Origin: Macrostomum lignano
Taxonomy: Eukaryota
Reading direction: 5' to 3'
Length of the DNA: 64,000 nt
NCBI GenBank assembly: GCA_002269645.1
Contig: NIVC01001535.1
Coordinates: 92,976 to 156,975, forward strand
In this document: positions 20,542-31,909 of the stretch, piece by piece
How the letters are laid out: every line of letters begins with the position of its first letter
Position numbering within the stretch: position 1 is the first letter of the stretch
Notes under the pieces: generated by a model
The model's database searches: none
The model's input: only the letters and a program-made list of their open reading frames with translations
What the model was told of the DNA's origin: nothing
Program-made: the position numbers and the translations under genes

Positions 20542-23500
20542 ATGGCAGCAAGGGTGAGTGCAGTGGGAATTCTATAGTAATTTATTGACTTGAGCAGGCA
20601 CACATTTTGTACCTTTCTTTCATATCCTTCCCCCTCTATCCTTCCCCCTCTATCATTCTCTCTCTATCCTTCTCTCTCTATCCTTCTCTCTCTATCCTTC
20701 TCTCTCTATCCTTCTCTCTCTATCCTTCTCTCTCTATCCTTCCCCCTCTATCCTTCTCTCTCTATCCTTCTCTCTCTATCCTTCTCTCTCTATCCTTCTC
20801 TCTCTATCCTTCTCTCTCTATCCTTCCCCCTCTATCCTTCTCTCTCTATCCTTCTCTCTCTATCCTTCTCTCTCTATCCTTCTCTCTCTATCCTTCTCTC
20901 TCTATCCTTCTCTCTCTATCCTTCTCTCTCTATCCTTCCCTCTGTATCCTTCTCTCTCTATCCTTCCCTCTGTATCCTTCTCTCTATCCTTCCCTCTCTA
21001 TCCTTCTCTCTCTATATCCTTCTCTCTCTATCCTTCATTCTCTTTCCTACCCTCTGTATCCTTCTCTCTCTATCCTTCCCTCTCTATCCTTCATTCTCTT
21101 TCCTACCCTCTGTATCCTTCTCTCTCTATCCTTCCCTCTCTCTCTATCCTTCCCTCTCTATCCTTCTCTCTCTATCCTTCCCTCTCTCTCTATCCTTCCC
21201 TCTCTATCCTTCTCTCTCTCTATCCTTCTCTCTCTATATCCTTCTCTCTCTATATCCTTCTCTCTCTATCCTTCCCCCCTATCCTTCTTTCTCTATCCTT
21301 CCCTCTCTATCCTTCATTCTCTTTCCTACCCTCTGTATCCTTCTCTCTCTATCCTTCCCTCTCTATCCTTCATTCTCTTTCCTACCCTCTGTATCCTTCT
21401 CTCTCTATCCTTCCCTCTCTCTCTATCCTTCCCTCTCTATCCTTCTCTCTCTATCCTTCCCTCTCTCTCTATCCTTCCCTCTCTATCCTTCTCTCTCTAT
21501 CCTTCCCTCTCTCTCTATCCTTCTCTCTCTATCCTTCCCTCTCTATCCTTCTCTCTCTCTATCCTTCTCTCTCTATATCCTTCTCTCTCTATATCCTTCT
21601 CTCTCTATCCTTCCCTCTCTCTCTATCCTTCCCTCTCTATCCTTCTCTCTCTATCCTTCCCTCTCTCTCTATCCTTCTCTCTCTATCCTTCTCTCTCTAT
21701 CCCTCTCTCTCTATCCTTCTCTCTCTCTATCCTTCTCTCTCTCTATCCTTCTCTCTCTATATCCTTCTCTCTCTCTCTATCCTTCTCTCTCTCTATCCTT
21801 CTCTCTCTATATCCTTCTCTCTCTCTCTATCCTTCCCTCTCTATCCTTCTCTCTCTCTATCCTTCTCTCTCTATCCTTCCCTCTCTCTCTATCCTTCCCT
21901 CTCTATCCTTCTCTCTCTATCCTTCCCTCTCTCTCTATCCTTCCCTCTCTATCCTTCATTCTCTTTCCTACCCTCTGTATCCTTCTCTCTGTATCCTTCT
22001 CTCTATCCTTCCCTCTGTATCCTTCCCTCTCTATCCTTCCCTCTGTATCCTTCTCTCTGTATCCTTCTCTCTGTATCCTTCCCTCTCTATCATTCTCTCT
22101 CTATCCTTCTCTCTCTATCCTTCCCTCTCTATCCCTCTCTCTCTTTCCTACCCTCTGTATCCTTCTCTCTCTATCCTTCCCTCTCTATTCTTCCCTCTCT
22201 ATCCTTCGATCTCTTTGCTTTTCCTTCTCTATCCTTTCTAACTGACGACAGTCTCTCATACTTTAACAATTCATACATTATGCCTACAACAAAAGAACGA
22301 ATACAATTGAAGGATTGGTTGGCCTAAAAACAGCTAGCTATGCATTCAATTTTCAGTGCGACACCGATCCAATATTGGCAAACGAACAGCGGCTGAAGAA
22401 TCAAAAGGTAAGTTTATCGTCAAATGGGTATCAGTTAAGTCGCTTTTATTGCCGCTGAATGTTTAAGACAATCATTCAGTGGTGTAAACTCGCACTAGGA
22501 CTACTTTTTATTGCACATTGCAGCAACTGGTCCAACAGCTTCATGTGCAGCTGAAGTCCTACAACGAAGCATTTAGACGTGAGTCAATGAAATAAAATCA
22601 GCTGGGAGAAATCAGCGATAAGAGAGGAGAGATGAGATCGGAGAGAGATGAGATCGGAGAGATGAGGTCGGGGAGATGAGATCGGAGAGAGATGAGATCA
22701 GAGAGAGATGAGGTCGGGGAGAGATGAGATCAGAGAGAGATGAGATCGGAGAGAGATGAGATCAGAAAGAGATGAGGTCGGGGAGAGATGAGATCGAAGA
22801 GAGATGAGATCAGAAAGAGATGAGGCCGGGGAGAGATGAGATCGAAGAGAGATGAGATCAGAAAGAGATGAGGTCGGGGAGAGATTTCGAAGACAGATGA
22901 GATCGGAGAAATGAGGTCGGGGAGATGAGATCGGAGAGAGATGAGATCAGAAAGAGATGAGGCCGGGGAGAGATGAGATCGGAGAGAGATGAGATCAGAA
23001 AGAGATGAGGCCGGGGAGAGATGAGATCGGAGAGAGATGAGATCGGAGAGATGAGGTCGGGGAGATGAGATCGGAGAGAGATGAGATCAGAAAGAGATGA
23101 GGCCGGGGAGAGATGAGATCGAAGAGAGGAGGTCCGGGAGATGAGATCGGAGAGAGATAAGATCGAATAGAAGTGAGATAGGAGAGATGAAATCTGCAGA
23201 CGAGATCAGAAACAGGTCCCACGCTCGAACATTTAACCCTCCCGCGAGAAGGCTTCATCACGGCTGAGAAGTCCTTCTTCGACGCGCTGGACAACATGTG
23301 CGAGGCCAACTGGGAACTCAAAGCAGACTTCACCGCTTCTCTTAAGGTAAATTTTATATGACTTTTTTGACAAATCAAAGCAAAAAGTTCTCCTACTTAC
23401 AGTAGTTACATGTATAATAACATTTAATAATTTGATTCCAGGCAATGCAAAATATTGCCGAAAGTGGAGCGAGAAATTTGGAAACGATTCCTGTTGAGGA

Positions 23501-26500
23501 AACTATCGTGTTTCGCGACCAGTTCGGTCCATACGAGGTAAATAGTGTAAAGCAGTGCAATTCTGGTTCTCGCTGCAAAATGCACCAATAGAGATGGGTA
23601 GTTTTCAGATATTTTGCAAAAATTTCATAAAATCTCATCCTCTAGATTCCATAGAGCACCTGTGTCACCTTGTCAGCCTCTCTCACCTTCTGCCACCCCC
23701 TGTAACCCTTTGTCACCCTATGTAACCCTCTGTAACCCTTTGTCACCCTGTGTAACCTTTTGTCACCCTATGTAACCCTCTCAAACCCTTTGTCACCCTA
23801 TGTAAGCCGCTGTAACCCTTTGTAACACTCGGCAACCTTCTTTTACCCTTTGCCACCCTTTATCACCATCCGTCACCCTCTGTCACCCTCCGTCACCCTC
23901 TGTCACCATCCGTCACCCTCTGTCACCATCCGTCACCCCTGTCACCATCCGTCACCCTCTGTCACTATCCATCACCCTCTGTCATCATCCGTCACCCTCT
24001 CTGTCACCATCCGTCACCATCCGTCACCCTCTGTCACCCATGGACAGCTAAATTTATCATTCAGCGCTATGCGTTCTCTAGGAGACCCGAATGCAAACAT
24101 CGATTTAGTCTATGGCAACACTCAATTAAACGCAAAGTAAAACAGATGAGATTTCTAGGTGAAAAATGCCTATCTCACTGGTGCATTCTCTGCAACTCAA
24201 ACCGACCTTTAATTCTCTTTAATCATCGAATAAAAATGTAACTCTAAGCAATTGAAGCGGACTCAAACTAAGTTACTCAACCAACAAATACAGAAGGAGA
24301 TTCAGGACTATAAAGACAAGCAGAAGGTGGCCGACGCGGCCGAAAGAAAACACTTGGCCTACGGTAAAAAGAAGAACGCTGATTCCGACGAGTTAAGAAA
24401 GGTTTGCCAAATTTTACTATAAGTAGCTTATCAGTAGTGCGATTGAGCATGAGCTTTAAATTTAAAAAAAATTATAAAAATTTCTTAGCTAGAATTAGCA
24501 GCCTACGAGAAGAAGACTTCGCTGGGAATTTCTCGAAGGAAACTCGCAGATGAGTTGCCAACGTTCTACAAGTCGTAAGACTTTGCCATGACAACTAACT
24601 TTTAAGGCAATAAATTCACGAGACGAAGTTGATTCTATATGCTAGTTATTCGATTTCAGGAGGATGGATTATTACTCAACTTTCTGGCGATCCGTGTTTC
24701 AAATTCGAGCAGATATTGCCAGGGCTGAGTGCGAGGTGAGGTTGGAGTGTGAGGAATGTGGGTTTACAGTGTGGGGAGTGTGGGTTGGAGTGTGGGAGTG
24801 TGGGTTGGAGTGTGGGGTTGGAGTCTGGGGAGTGTGGGTTGGAAGTGTGGGGTGCATGGGATCAGAGTGTGGGGAGTGTGGGGTTGGAGTGCGGGAGTGT
24901 GGGGTTGGAGTGCGGGAGTGTGGGGTTGGAGTGCGGGAGTGTGGGGTTGGAGTGCGGGGAGTATGGGTTGGAATGTGGAAAGTGTGGGGTTGGAGTGTGT
25001 GGAGTCTGGGGTTGGAATGTGGAAAGTGTGGGGTTGGAGTGTGAGGAGTGTGGGGTTGGAGTGTGAGGAGTGTGGGGTTGGAGTGTGAGGAGTGTGGGGT
25101 TAGAATGTGGAAAGTGTGGGGTTGGAGTGTGTGGAGTCTGGGGTTGGAATGTGGAAAGTGTGGGGTTGGAATGTGGAAAGTGTGGGGTTGGAGTGTGTGG
25201 AGTCTGGGGTTGGAATGAGGAAAGTGTGGGGTTGGAATGTGGAAAGTGTGGGGTTGGAGTGTGTGGAGTCTGGGGTTGGAATGTGGAAAGTGTGGGGTTG
25301 GAGTGTGAGGAGTGTGGGTTTCTGGTGTTTGTGCTGGTTTTAACATGGAGGTACAGGCATTTAACTTATAGATCTAAGCAGTGCAAACGACACCCCACAC
25401 AATCCAGACTCTGGACCAGTTGATAGACTCGGTGCGCCATTTCGATGTCACCAGGAGTCAAGTGTAAGCTAAGTGTTCAACTGCATCTGATTTAGGAGAA
25501 CGGTCATTCAGAAAGTACATAATCAGCACTTTAAAAACTCCTTAAGTGACACGGCTTCGCTCTTGACTGGTCAGCACGTGACCCAGGGACGGATGGCTGC
25601 CAGCAGCAGCTCGGTAAGCTTGTGCATCTCCTGTCTTTCCTGTTCTTCCTTCCCTCACTTTGCCTACCTCCCCACTCCCTCCCAGCCTCCATGGCCGCTC
25701 CTACTCTGCATCTGTTTCCCTCTCTCACCCTCTCACTCTTTCCCTCTCTTACCCTCTAACCCTCTCTCAATACCTCAATCTCTCTCACCCTCTTACTCTC
25801 TCTCATCTCTCAACCTCTCTCACCCTGTCATCCTCTTTCTCCCTCTCACCCTCTTTCCTCAATCTCTCTCACTCTCTAACCCTCTTTCACTCTCTCACCC
25901 TCTCTCACTCTCTCACCCTCTCTCACTCTCTCACCCTCTCTCCTCAATCTCTCTCACCCTCTAACCCTCTTTCACCCTCACTCACTCTCTCACCCTCTCT
26001 CACTCTCTCACCCTCTCTCACCCTCTCTCACTCACTCACCCTCTCTCACCCTCTAACCCTCTCTCAATACCTCAATCTCTCTCACCTCTCAACCTCTCTC
26101 ACCCTGTCATCCTCTTTCTCCCTCTCACCCTCTCTCCTCAATCTCTCTCTCTCTCTAACCCTCTTTCACCCTCTCTCACTCTCTCATCCTCTCCACCTTC
26201 TCTCACTCTCTCATCTCTCACCCTCTCCCACCTTCTCACCTACTCTCACTCTCTCTCACCCTCTAACCCTCTCTCAATACCTCAATCTCTCTCGCCCTCT
26301 TACTCTCTCTCATATCTCAACATCTCTCACCCTGTCATCCTCTTTCTCCCTCTCACCCTCTCTCCTCAATCTCTCTCACCCTCTCACTCTCTCAAGCTCT
26401 CTCACGCTCTAACCCTCTTTCACCCTCAGTCACTCTCTCACCCTCTCTCAATCTCTCTCACTCTCTCACCCTCTCTCACTCTCAGCCTCTCTCACTCTCT

Positions 26501-26964
26501 CACCATCTCACCCTCTCTCATCCTCTCCAACTTCTCACTCTCTCTCATCTCTCACTCTCTCACCCTCTTACCCTCTCTCTCAGCTAGAATTTCACTCACC
26601 CATTAGCTCCCTCTCGCCTATCCCTGTCAGGAGGGTCAACCTCTTAGATGTAATTTAGCTGCACCTACTGACCACTTTCACCAGCAGTTCTGACAGCTAG
26701 ACCTCTCCTCGCGCCTAATTGTAACTCCCGCAGTCAGCGGTGACCTCCGAATTGGTCCCCACGGAGCTCAGAGACGACTGCCAGGCCGGTCTGGCCGCTA
26801 ACGGTGGTCGAATTCACCGAGTTCCAACATTCGGCGGCGACGACTTGGCTGGCGCCGACCGGAGCTCGAATTCTTCAAGGCAGCCGGTGCATGGAGCGGC
26901 GAAACGAGATCGATATCCGTCTAACTCGGATGAAGAGGACAAATACGCTGATTACGAGCAGTGA
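20542..26964 (+). CDS. Amphiphysin/BIN-like BAR-domain protein
   Basis: Exons 20542-20553, 22357-22407, 22524-22578, 23252-23346, 23442-23537, 24294-24401, 24489-24574, 24660-24735, then uncertain exons near 25408-25463, 25575-25613 and 26734-26964. Spliced product has LKSYNEAFRRFITAEKSFFDALDNMCEANW and LADELPTFYKSRMDYYSTFWRSVF, matching amphiphysin BAR segments (LRGYLAAIKG..ESLHEVYEPDW; LQEELPSLW.RR..FY..TF). Confidence 0.75.
20625..22241. repeat. Pyrimidine-rich tandem array (CTATCCTTCTCTCT-like)
   Basis: Direct observation. The 544/551-aa ORFs here are repeat artefacts. Confidence 0.95.
22619..23210. repeat. Purine-rich tandem array (GAGAGATGAGATCG-like)
   Basis: Direct observation, BAR gene intron. 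Confidence 0.9.
23655..24040. repeat. ~10-bp unit tandem array (CTGTCACCAT/CCGTCACCCT)
   Basis: Direct observation, BAR gene intron. Confidence 0.9.
24736..25320. repeat. G-rich minisatellite (GTGTGGGGTTGGA core)
   Basis: Direct observation; begins at the donor of BAR exon 24660-24735. Confidence 0.92.
25715..26625. repeat. CT-rich low-complexity/tandem region
   Basis: Direct observation. Confidence 0.88.
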
Positions 26965-27416
26965 AAGCAGAGATTTGGATCAAGAGGAAACTTTGAACTA
27001 AAAAACACTTTTTTGGATAACAGTAGTGCACTAAAGATATGAACATACTTTTTAACTTTAAATTCAAATTTTATATTCTAGCTGCTTTCTTCAAAGCCAT
27101 TTTTCGGCTTCTGCAAAATAATAAAAGACGAGGCAGGTCGGGGCTCAGGGCTCGTTTCCACTTAAAAATAATCGTAACATTAAATAAGTCAATGAAAGTA
27201 CCAAAATGGTCGCTACTCTCGTAATACCGCTTTTTTACCGCTGTAAATTGGAGAGTTATAACTATTTTTCGATACATATCGGCTTCATAAAAAGTGCATA
27301 AATACCGGTAAATTAAACAGGAGTGTGAATAAATTAATTTATAAGAAAAAAGATGGTTGAAATCTTGTCAATACGTTGATACTTATGATACTTCAGAGAT
27401 TAATCGAAAAAAAGTA

Positions 27417-27489
27417 TGATCTCGCCCAGGCACGAACTGGGGACCTTCTGTGTGTCAGACAGATGTGATAACCACTACACCACGAGATC
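27417..27489 (-). tRNA. tRNA-Val-like gene, anticodon GAC (possibly pseudogene)
   Basis: Minus strand GATCTCG TG GTGT AGTGGTTA TCAC A TCTGT CT GAC AC ACAGA AGGTC CCCAG TTCGTGC CTGGG CGAGATC A: 73 nt, with perfectly paired acceptor, anticodon and T stems. T7 Pol III terminator 3 nt downstream. T-loop has A58>T. Confidence 0.85.
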
Positions 27490-27689
27490 TTACAGGCAAG
27501 GGGGTTATAAACAGGTATAAATTTGTTGCAAAAGTTTTTTTCGTGTAGGATTAACAAAATTTTCTTAGCTAGTATCTCTACCTATCTTCTCTCTTAACCG
27601 ACGCGATGTTTGTCTGTCTGTATGTAGTAAGTGAACTCCTACAATTCTGGCAAGTCAGCGTCGAAACTTATATGGGAAAACTGCAAATT

Positions 27690-28350
27690 TTACTCTGCGT
27701 GCAGGTGTTGTCTACCAATTTAACTGCTCTGTGGACCAGACCGTCTCCTACGTGGGGAAAACCAAAAGACACCTACACACGAGGATCAGGGAACACTGGC
27801 TCAAACCATCTGCTATACAAACTCACCTCCTTGAATGCACTAACTGCAATGACTGCAAACCAGAAGAACACTTTAAAATCATTGACCAAAGCCATACTGA
27901 CGCCAAACTTAGAATTCTCGAGGCCCTGCACATAAAAGCTCAGACCCCGAATCTCAACACCCAATTACAACAACCAAGTGGTGCAGGTCACGTTCTCCGC
28001 GTTTTCTGAACAGTGAGTGACACAGTCGTGCACGCTGTGTACACTTAGCTTGACGTTCAATTACCTAAGCTAGCTACCGCCCCTGATTCTGCCTTTTGAC
28101 CACTGGACAAGAATTGTGTACATTTGGTTTAACTTTCATTCTCAATCTATAATTCTCTCTCCTACCTACTATACCTATGTATGTTGTTAAAGCCAAGTTG
28201 TAATCAATTGTTTTCAATCTTACCCTCCTTACCTGTGTACGTTGCAAAAACCAATATTTAATCAATCGCTTTCAATCTCAATTTCTCAAATCTCGTTCTA
28301 ATAAAATCCTGACGATGCACCATGGCGTGCGAAACGCGTTGAAGTTGTTG
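27690..28350 (+). mobile_element. Penelope-like retroelement 3' fragment (GIY-YIG endonuclease + 3' region)
   Basis: Frame 27701-28009: AGVVYQFNCSVDQTVSYVGKTKRHLHTRIREH...AIQTHL..C..C...F.II....KLRILEALHIK...LNTQ, the PLE-type GIY-YIG with HHCC residues. No RT domain visible. Confidence 0.88.
28300..28349 (+). ncRNA. Candidate minimal type I hammerhead ribozyme
   Basis: CTGACGA + T + GCAC-CATGGC-GTGC + GAAAC-GC-GTT. Palindromic helix III (AACGCGTT). Interrupted helix I between 28300-28308 and 28341-28349. Lies at the end of a Penelope fragment. Confidence 0.65.
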
Positions 28351-29339
28351 GAAAGAGAAGAGTACACAGTAGAGAGGAGAGTAAAGATGACAGATGAGAG
28401 ATGGGAGATGAGAGAGCAGAAACGAGAGTGAACAGACAAGAGATGGGAGAGTAGAGAGAAGAGGAGAGATGAGAAATAAGAGATGAGAGGTGCAGACAAG
28501 GGAGAGATGAGAAGTGAGTGAGGAGAGAGGAGGGGAAGGGGGAGAATCGAGAGGACAGGGGAAATTGGTGAAAAGGACGAGAGAGGAGAGGAAAGAGGGG
28601 AGAGATTAGAGAGAAGAGAGAGAGGGGGGAGATAGCAGAGAGATGAGAGGAGAGAGAGGGGGGAGAGGAGAGAGAAGATAAAAGAAGAGAAATGAGAGAT
28701 AAGATAGCAAAGACGAGAGAGAAGGGAGGTGAGGGAAGAGACGATAGAATACATGAGAGGAGAGAGTTGAGAGAAGAGAGGAAAAAGAAGAGAGTAGAGA
28801 TAAGGAAAGTGTTAAGAGAGGGTATAGTAAGGAGTGAGAAGATAGGTGAGGGAAGAGAGAGCAGAGAGCAGAGGGAAACGAGAAGAGATAAAAGAGGAGA
28901 AAGGAGATATGAGAGACCAGAGACCAGAGAGAAAAGAGGAGAGGAGAGAGAAAAGAATAGAGGGGAGAGGGAAGAGACGAGAGAGGAGAGAGGACAGAGG
29001 AGAGAAGAAATAAGAGATAAGAGGAGAGAGAGAGAAGAGACAAGAGAGAAGTTAGGAAACAGAAAAGAAGATGGAAGTTTCAAAGGATGCAAAGGACATA
29101 GGGAGAGGCAGAGGTAGAGGCCAGAGTTTGCCTGACATTCTGCGCAGCACCCCAGCCAACAATAGCAATGTTTGCCTCAAATCCTAATTTTACATGAATG
29201 TACACTATTTTATGTTTAACTCTATCCTAACTATTAACAAGTTTTTGTTTGGGTTTGACCTCAGATTTTAGAATACATGCAAAAAATTCCAGGGAATGGA
29301 GTTCCCCGGGTTCAAAATCCGCGGGTTTCAACAGCTTGT
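28351..29339. repeat. Dispersed repeat copy 1: ~220-bp unique segment + long AG-rich tract
   Basis: 29119-29339 is the reverse complement (diverged) of 46991-47253. Motifs in the AG tract (GAGAAGTGAGTGAGGAGAGAGG) also match the CT tract at ~48040. Confidence 0.75.
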
Positions 29340-29734
29340 ACAAGATAAACAAAAGTTCCAATTTAAATGCAACGGAAAAGTACAACAAAACGACAGCATG
29401 AATTATTCAAAATAAAAAACAATCACAACAATAACGAAATCAACAACAACAACAATATAACAATAATAACAACAAATAGAAAACACATCAGCAACAAGCC
29501 AACAACAGAACAAAAAGTACAACAACGATAACAACAAATAACAAATCACTAGTCGTGCTCAAAAGAAGCACTGTTCACTCACAAACCGTGCAAGATTCGC
29601 TGTAGGCCGCATTTTTCGCTCAAAAAACATTTGACTCGGGGGTCGGACAAACTCCGGCCCACAAAGCCTCTTGATCCGGCAATCGGGTTCTTTGAAATTT
29701 CACAATAGCAATCCGGCCCGCTCAAAGTTTGTGT

Positions 29735-30405
29735 CTCTTCTCAGCTCTCTTCTCTAATCTCCTCTCTACCCTCCCTCTCTCCCTTCTCTCCTCTTCTCCT
29801 CTCCTCTGATCTCCTCTCTCCCCTCCTCTCCCTTCTCTCCTCTCCTCTCTCTTTAATCTCCTCTCTTCCCTCCTCTCTCCCTTCTCTCCTCTCTTCTTTC
29901 CTCTCCACTTCCCTCCTCATATTATCTTCTCTACTCTCCTTCTATCCTCTCCTCTTCTCCTCTCTCCCCTCCTCTCCCTTCTCTCCTCTCCTCTCCTTCT
30001 ATCCTCTCCTCTTCTCCTCTCTCCCCTCCTCTCCCTTCTCTCCTCTCCTCTCCTTCTATCCTCTCCTCTCCTCCCTCTTCTCTAATCTCCTCTGTCCCTT
30101 CTCCAGCTTTCTCCTCTCTCTTCTCTAATCTCCTCTCTCCTTTCTCCAGCTCTCTCCCCTCCTCTCCTTCCTCTCCTCTTTCTTCTCTAATCTCCTCTCT
30201 CCCTTCTCCAGCTTTCTCCTCTCTCTTCTCTAATATCCTCTCTCCTTTCTCCAGCTCTCTCCTCTCCTCTCCTCTCTCCCTTCTCTTCTCTCCTCTCCCT
30301 TTTCTCCTCTCCCTTCTCTCCTCTCCCTTCTCTCCTCTCCCTCCTCTCCTCTCCTCTCCTCTCCATTCTCTCCTCTCCTTCGCTCCTCTCCTCTCTCTCC
30401 CTTCC
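29735..30405. repeat. CT-rich low-complexity tract
   Basis: Direct observation. Confidence 0.9.
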
Positions 30406-30786
30406 CCTGGCCTGCAGTCATGCACTAGGTTCCCTATCTGGCCCTTCAGGAAAGAAATTTTTCGACCTTTAGCACAATAATGAAGAAGTTTTTCAGTTTT
30501 TTAGAACTTAGTCTAATTCTCAAAATCTAGTTTAAGTACAATACATAAGTAATATAGGAGTCCACTCACAAGTTGGTTATTGAAAATTGTTAAAAATTGC
30601 TTTAAAAATTAAAATGCTAAAATTTCAATGGTTCTTATCTCTGCAGTGTACTGGTATCCTACGGACGGATTTTTCACGATAAAATTATTGGCCTGCGCCC
30701 ATGTATGCTGCTACAATCGTATTTATGCTACGGAGTTATACGGCTATTATATATATTGCTATTGTTTTACTAGGGACGGCTGGAAT

Positions 30787-30802
30787 TGACAGGCAGTCAG
30801 GC

Positions 30803-30843
<41 letters not shown>

Positions 30844-30900
30844 GGCAGACAGACAGACAGACAGACAGACACACAGACAGACAGACAGACAGACAGACAT

Positions 30901-30948
<48 letters not shown>

Positions 30949-31038
30949 GCAGACAGACAGACAGACAGACAGACAGATAGATAGACAGACAGACAGACAG
31001 GCAGATAGACAGACAGACAGACAGACAGGCAGTCAGGC

Positions 31039-31101
<63 letters not shown>

Positions 31102-31116
31102 GACACAGGCAGACAG
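30787..31116. repeat. (GACA)n imperfect microsatellite
   Basis: Direct observation. Confidence 0.95.
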
Positions 31117-31909
31117 GCATACGAGCCTCACTGAATCAAAGACAAGAAAGATTTTGAATAATATATACCAGGGCGCTGATGTCGGTCGATCAAATGAACG
31201 TCCCCTCAGATTTTAAAACGAGTGTATTGCAAGTTGGAACCAAATAAGTACATATAGTCCAACATTGTCACGGTCCGTTTCTCGGCCGACTTGTACAGTA
31301 TTTACAAATAGGCTTAGCGGAGCTGTCTTTTTAAAGTGCAATAAATGTACTTTATCAAGGAGTCTCTCGTGATATGATTTTTTATGAAAATGAAAAGCGA
31401 TAAAAATACAAGAGATGAATAGAAATGTACACTTTGATAAAATTCGGCACATTTACCATACACAAAGCCGAAAGACATAAAGCTTTAGTAATAAAATATA
31501 TCATTCGACTTGAGGCTTTAGCTAAGCATAACTATAAAAACATAGTTATAATGCAAGCAGGGGATAATTTTAGAAAAAGAAGTTTTTTTTAAAAAGGCAT
31601 AATTAAACGGCCCATCTACTCCAGCGTTACAAAACAAAACGAATTGGCTACGTATTCAAACTCGCGCGAAAAATTAACAAAATTACGTGTTTATGTCCAG
31701 TTAAATTTAGTTAAAAACAAAATTTAATTTAATTTAATTTAAAAACCAATAAATAAATAACAAAATAAAAGTTCTATTTTTATCGTGAATATATACTAGT
31801 TATATTAATTTTTTAAGAAAATAAATATATGATGAAAATTTGTTTAACTGTGTTGGCTTTTTTTAATGATTTTTCGGATTGTAAAATGCGATTTTTTAAA
31901 TCAAAATAT

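Noticed and set aside
20590-22245. 551-aa and 544-aa ORFs, and similar ORFs in GACA, CT, AG and G-rich tracts (e.g. 16910-17468, 24699-25346, 35094-36150, 47188-48325)
   Set aside because: They are translations of simple repeats that lack stop codons; there is no coding signal.
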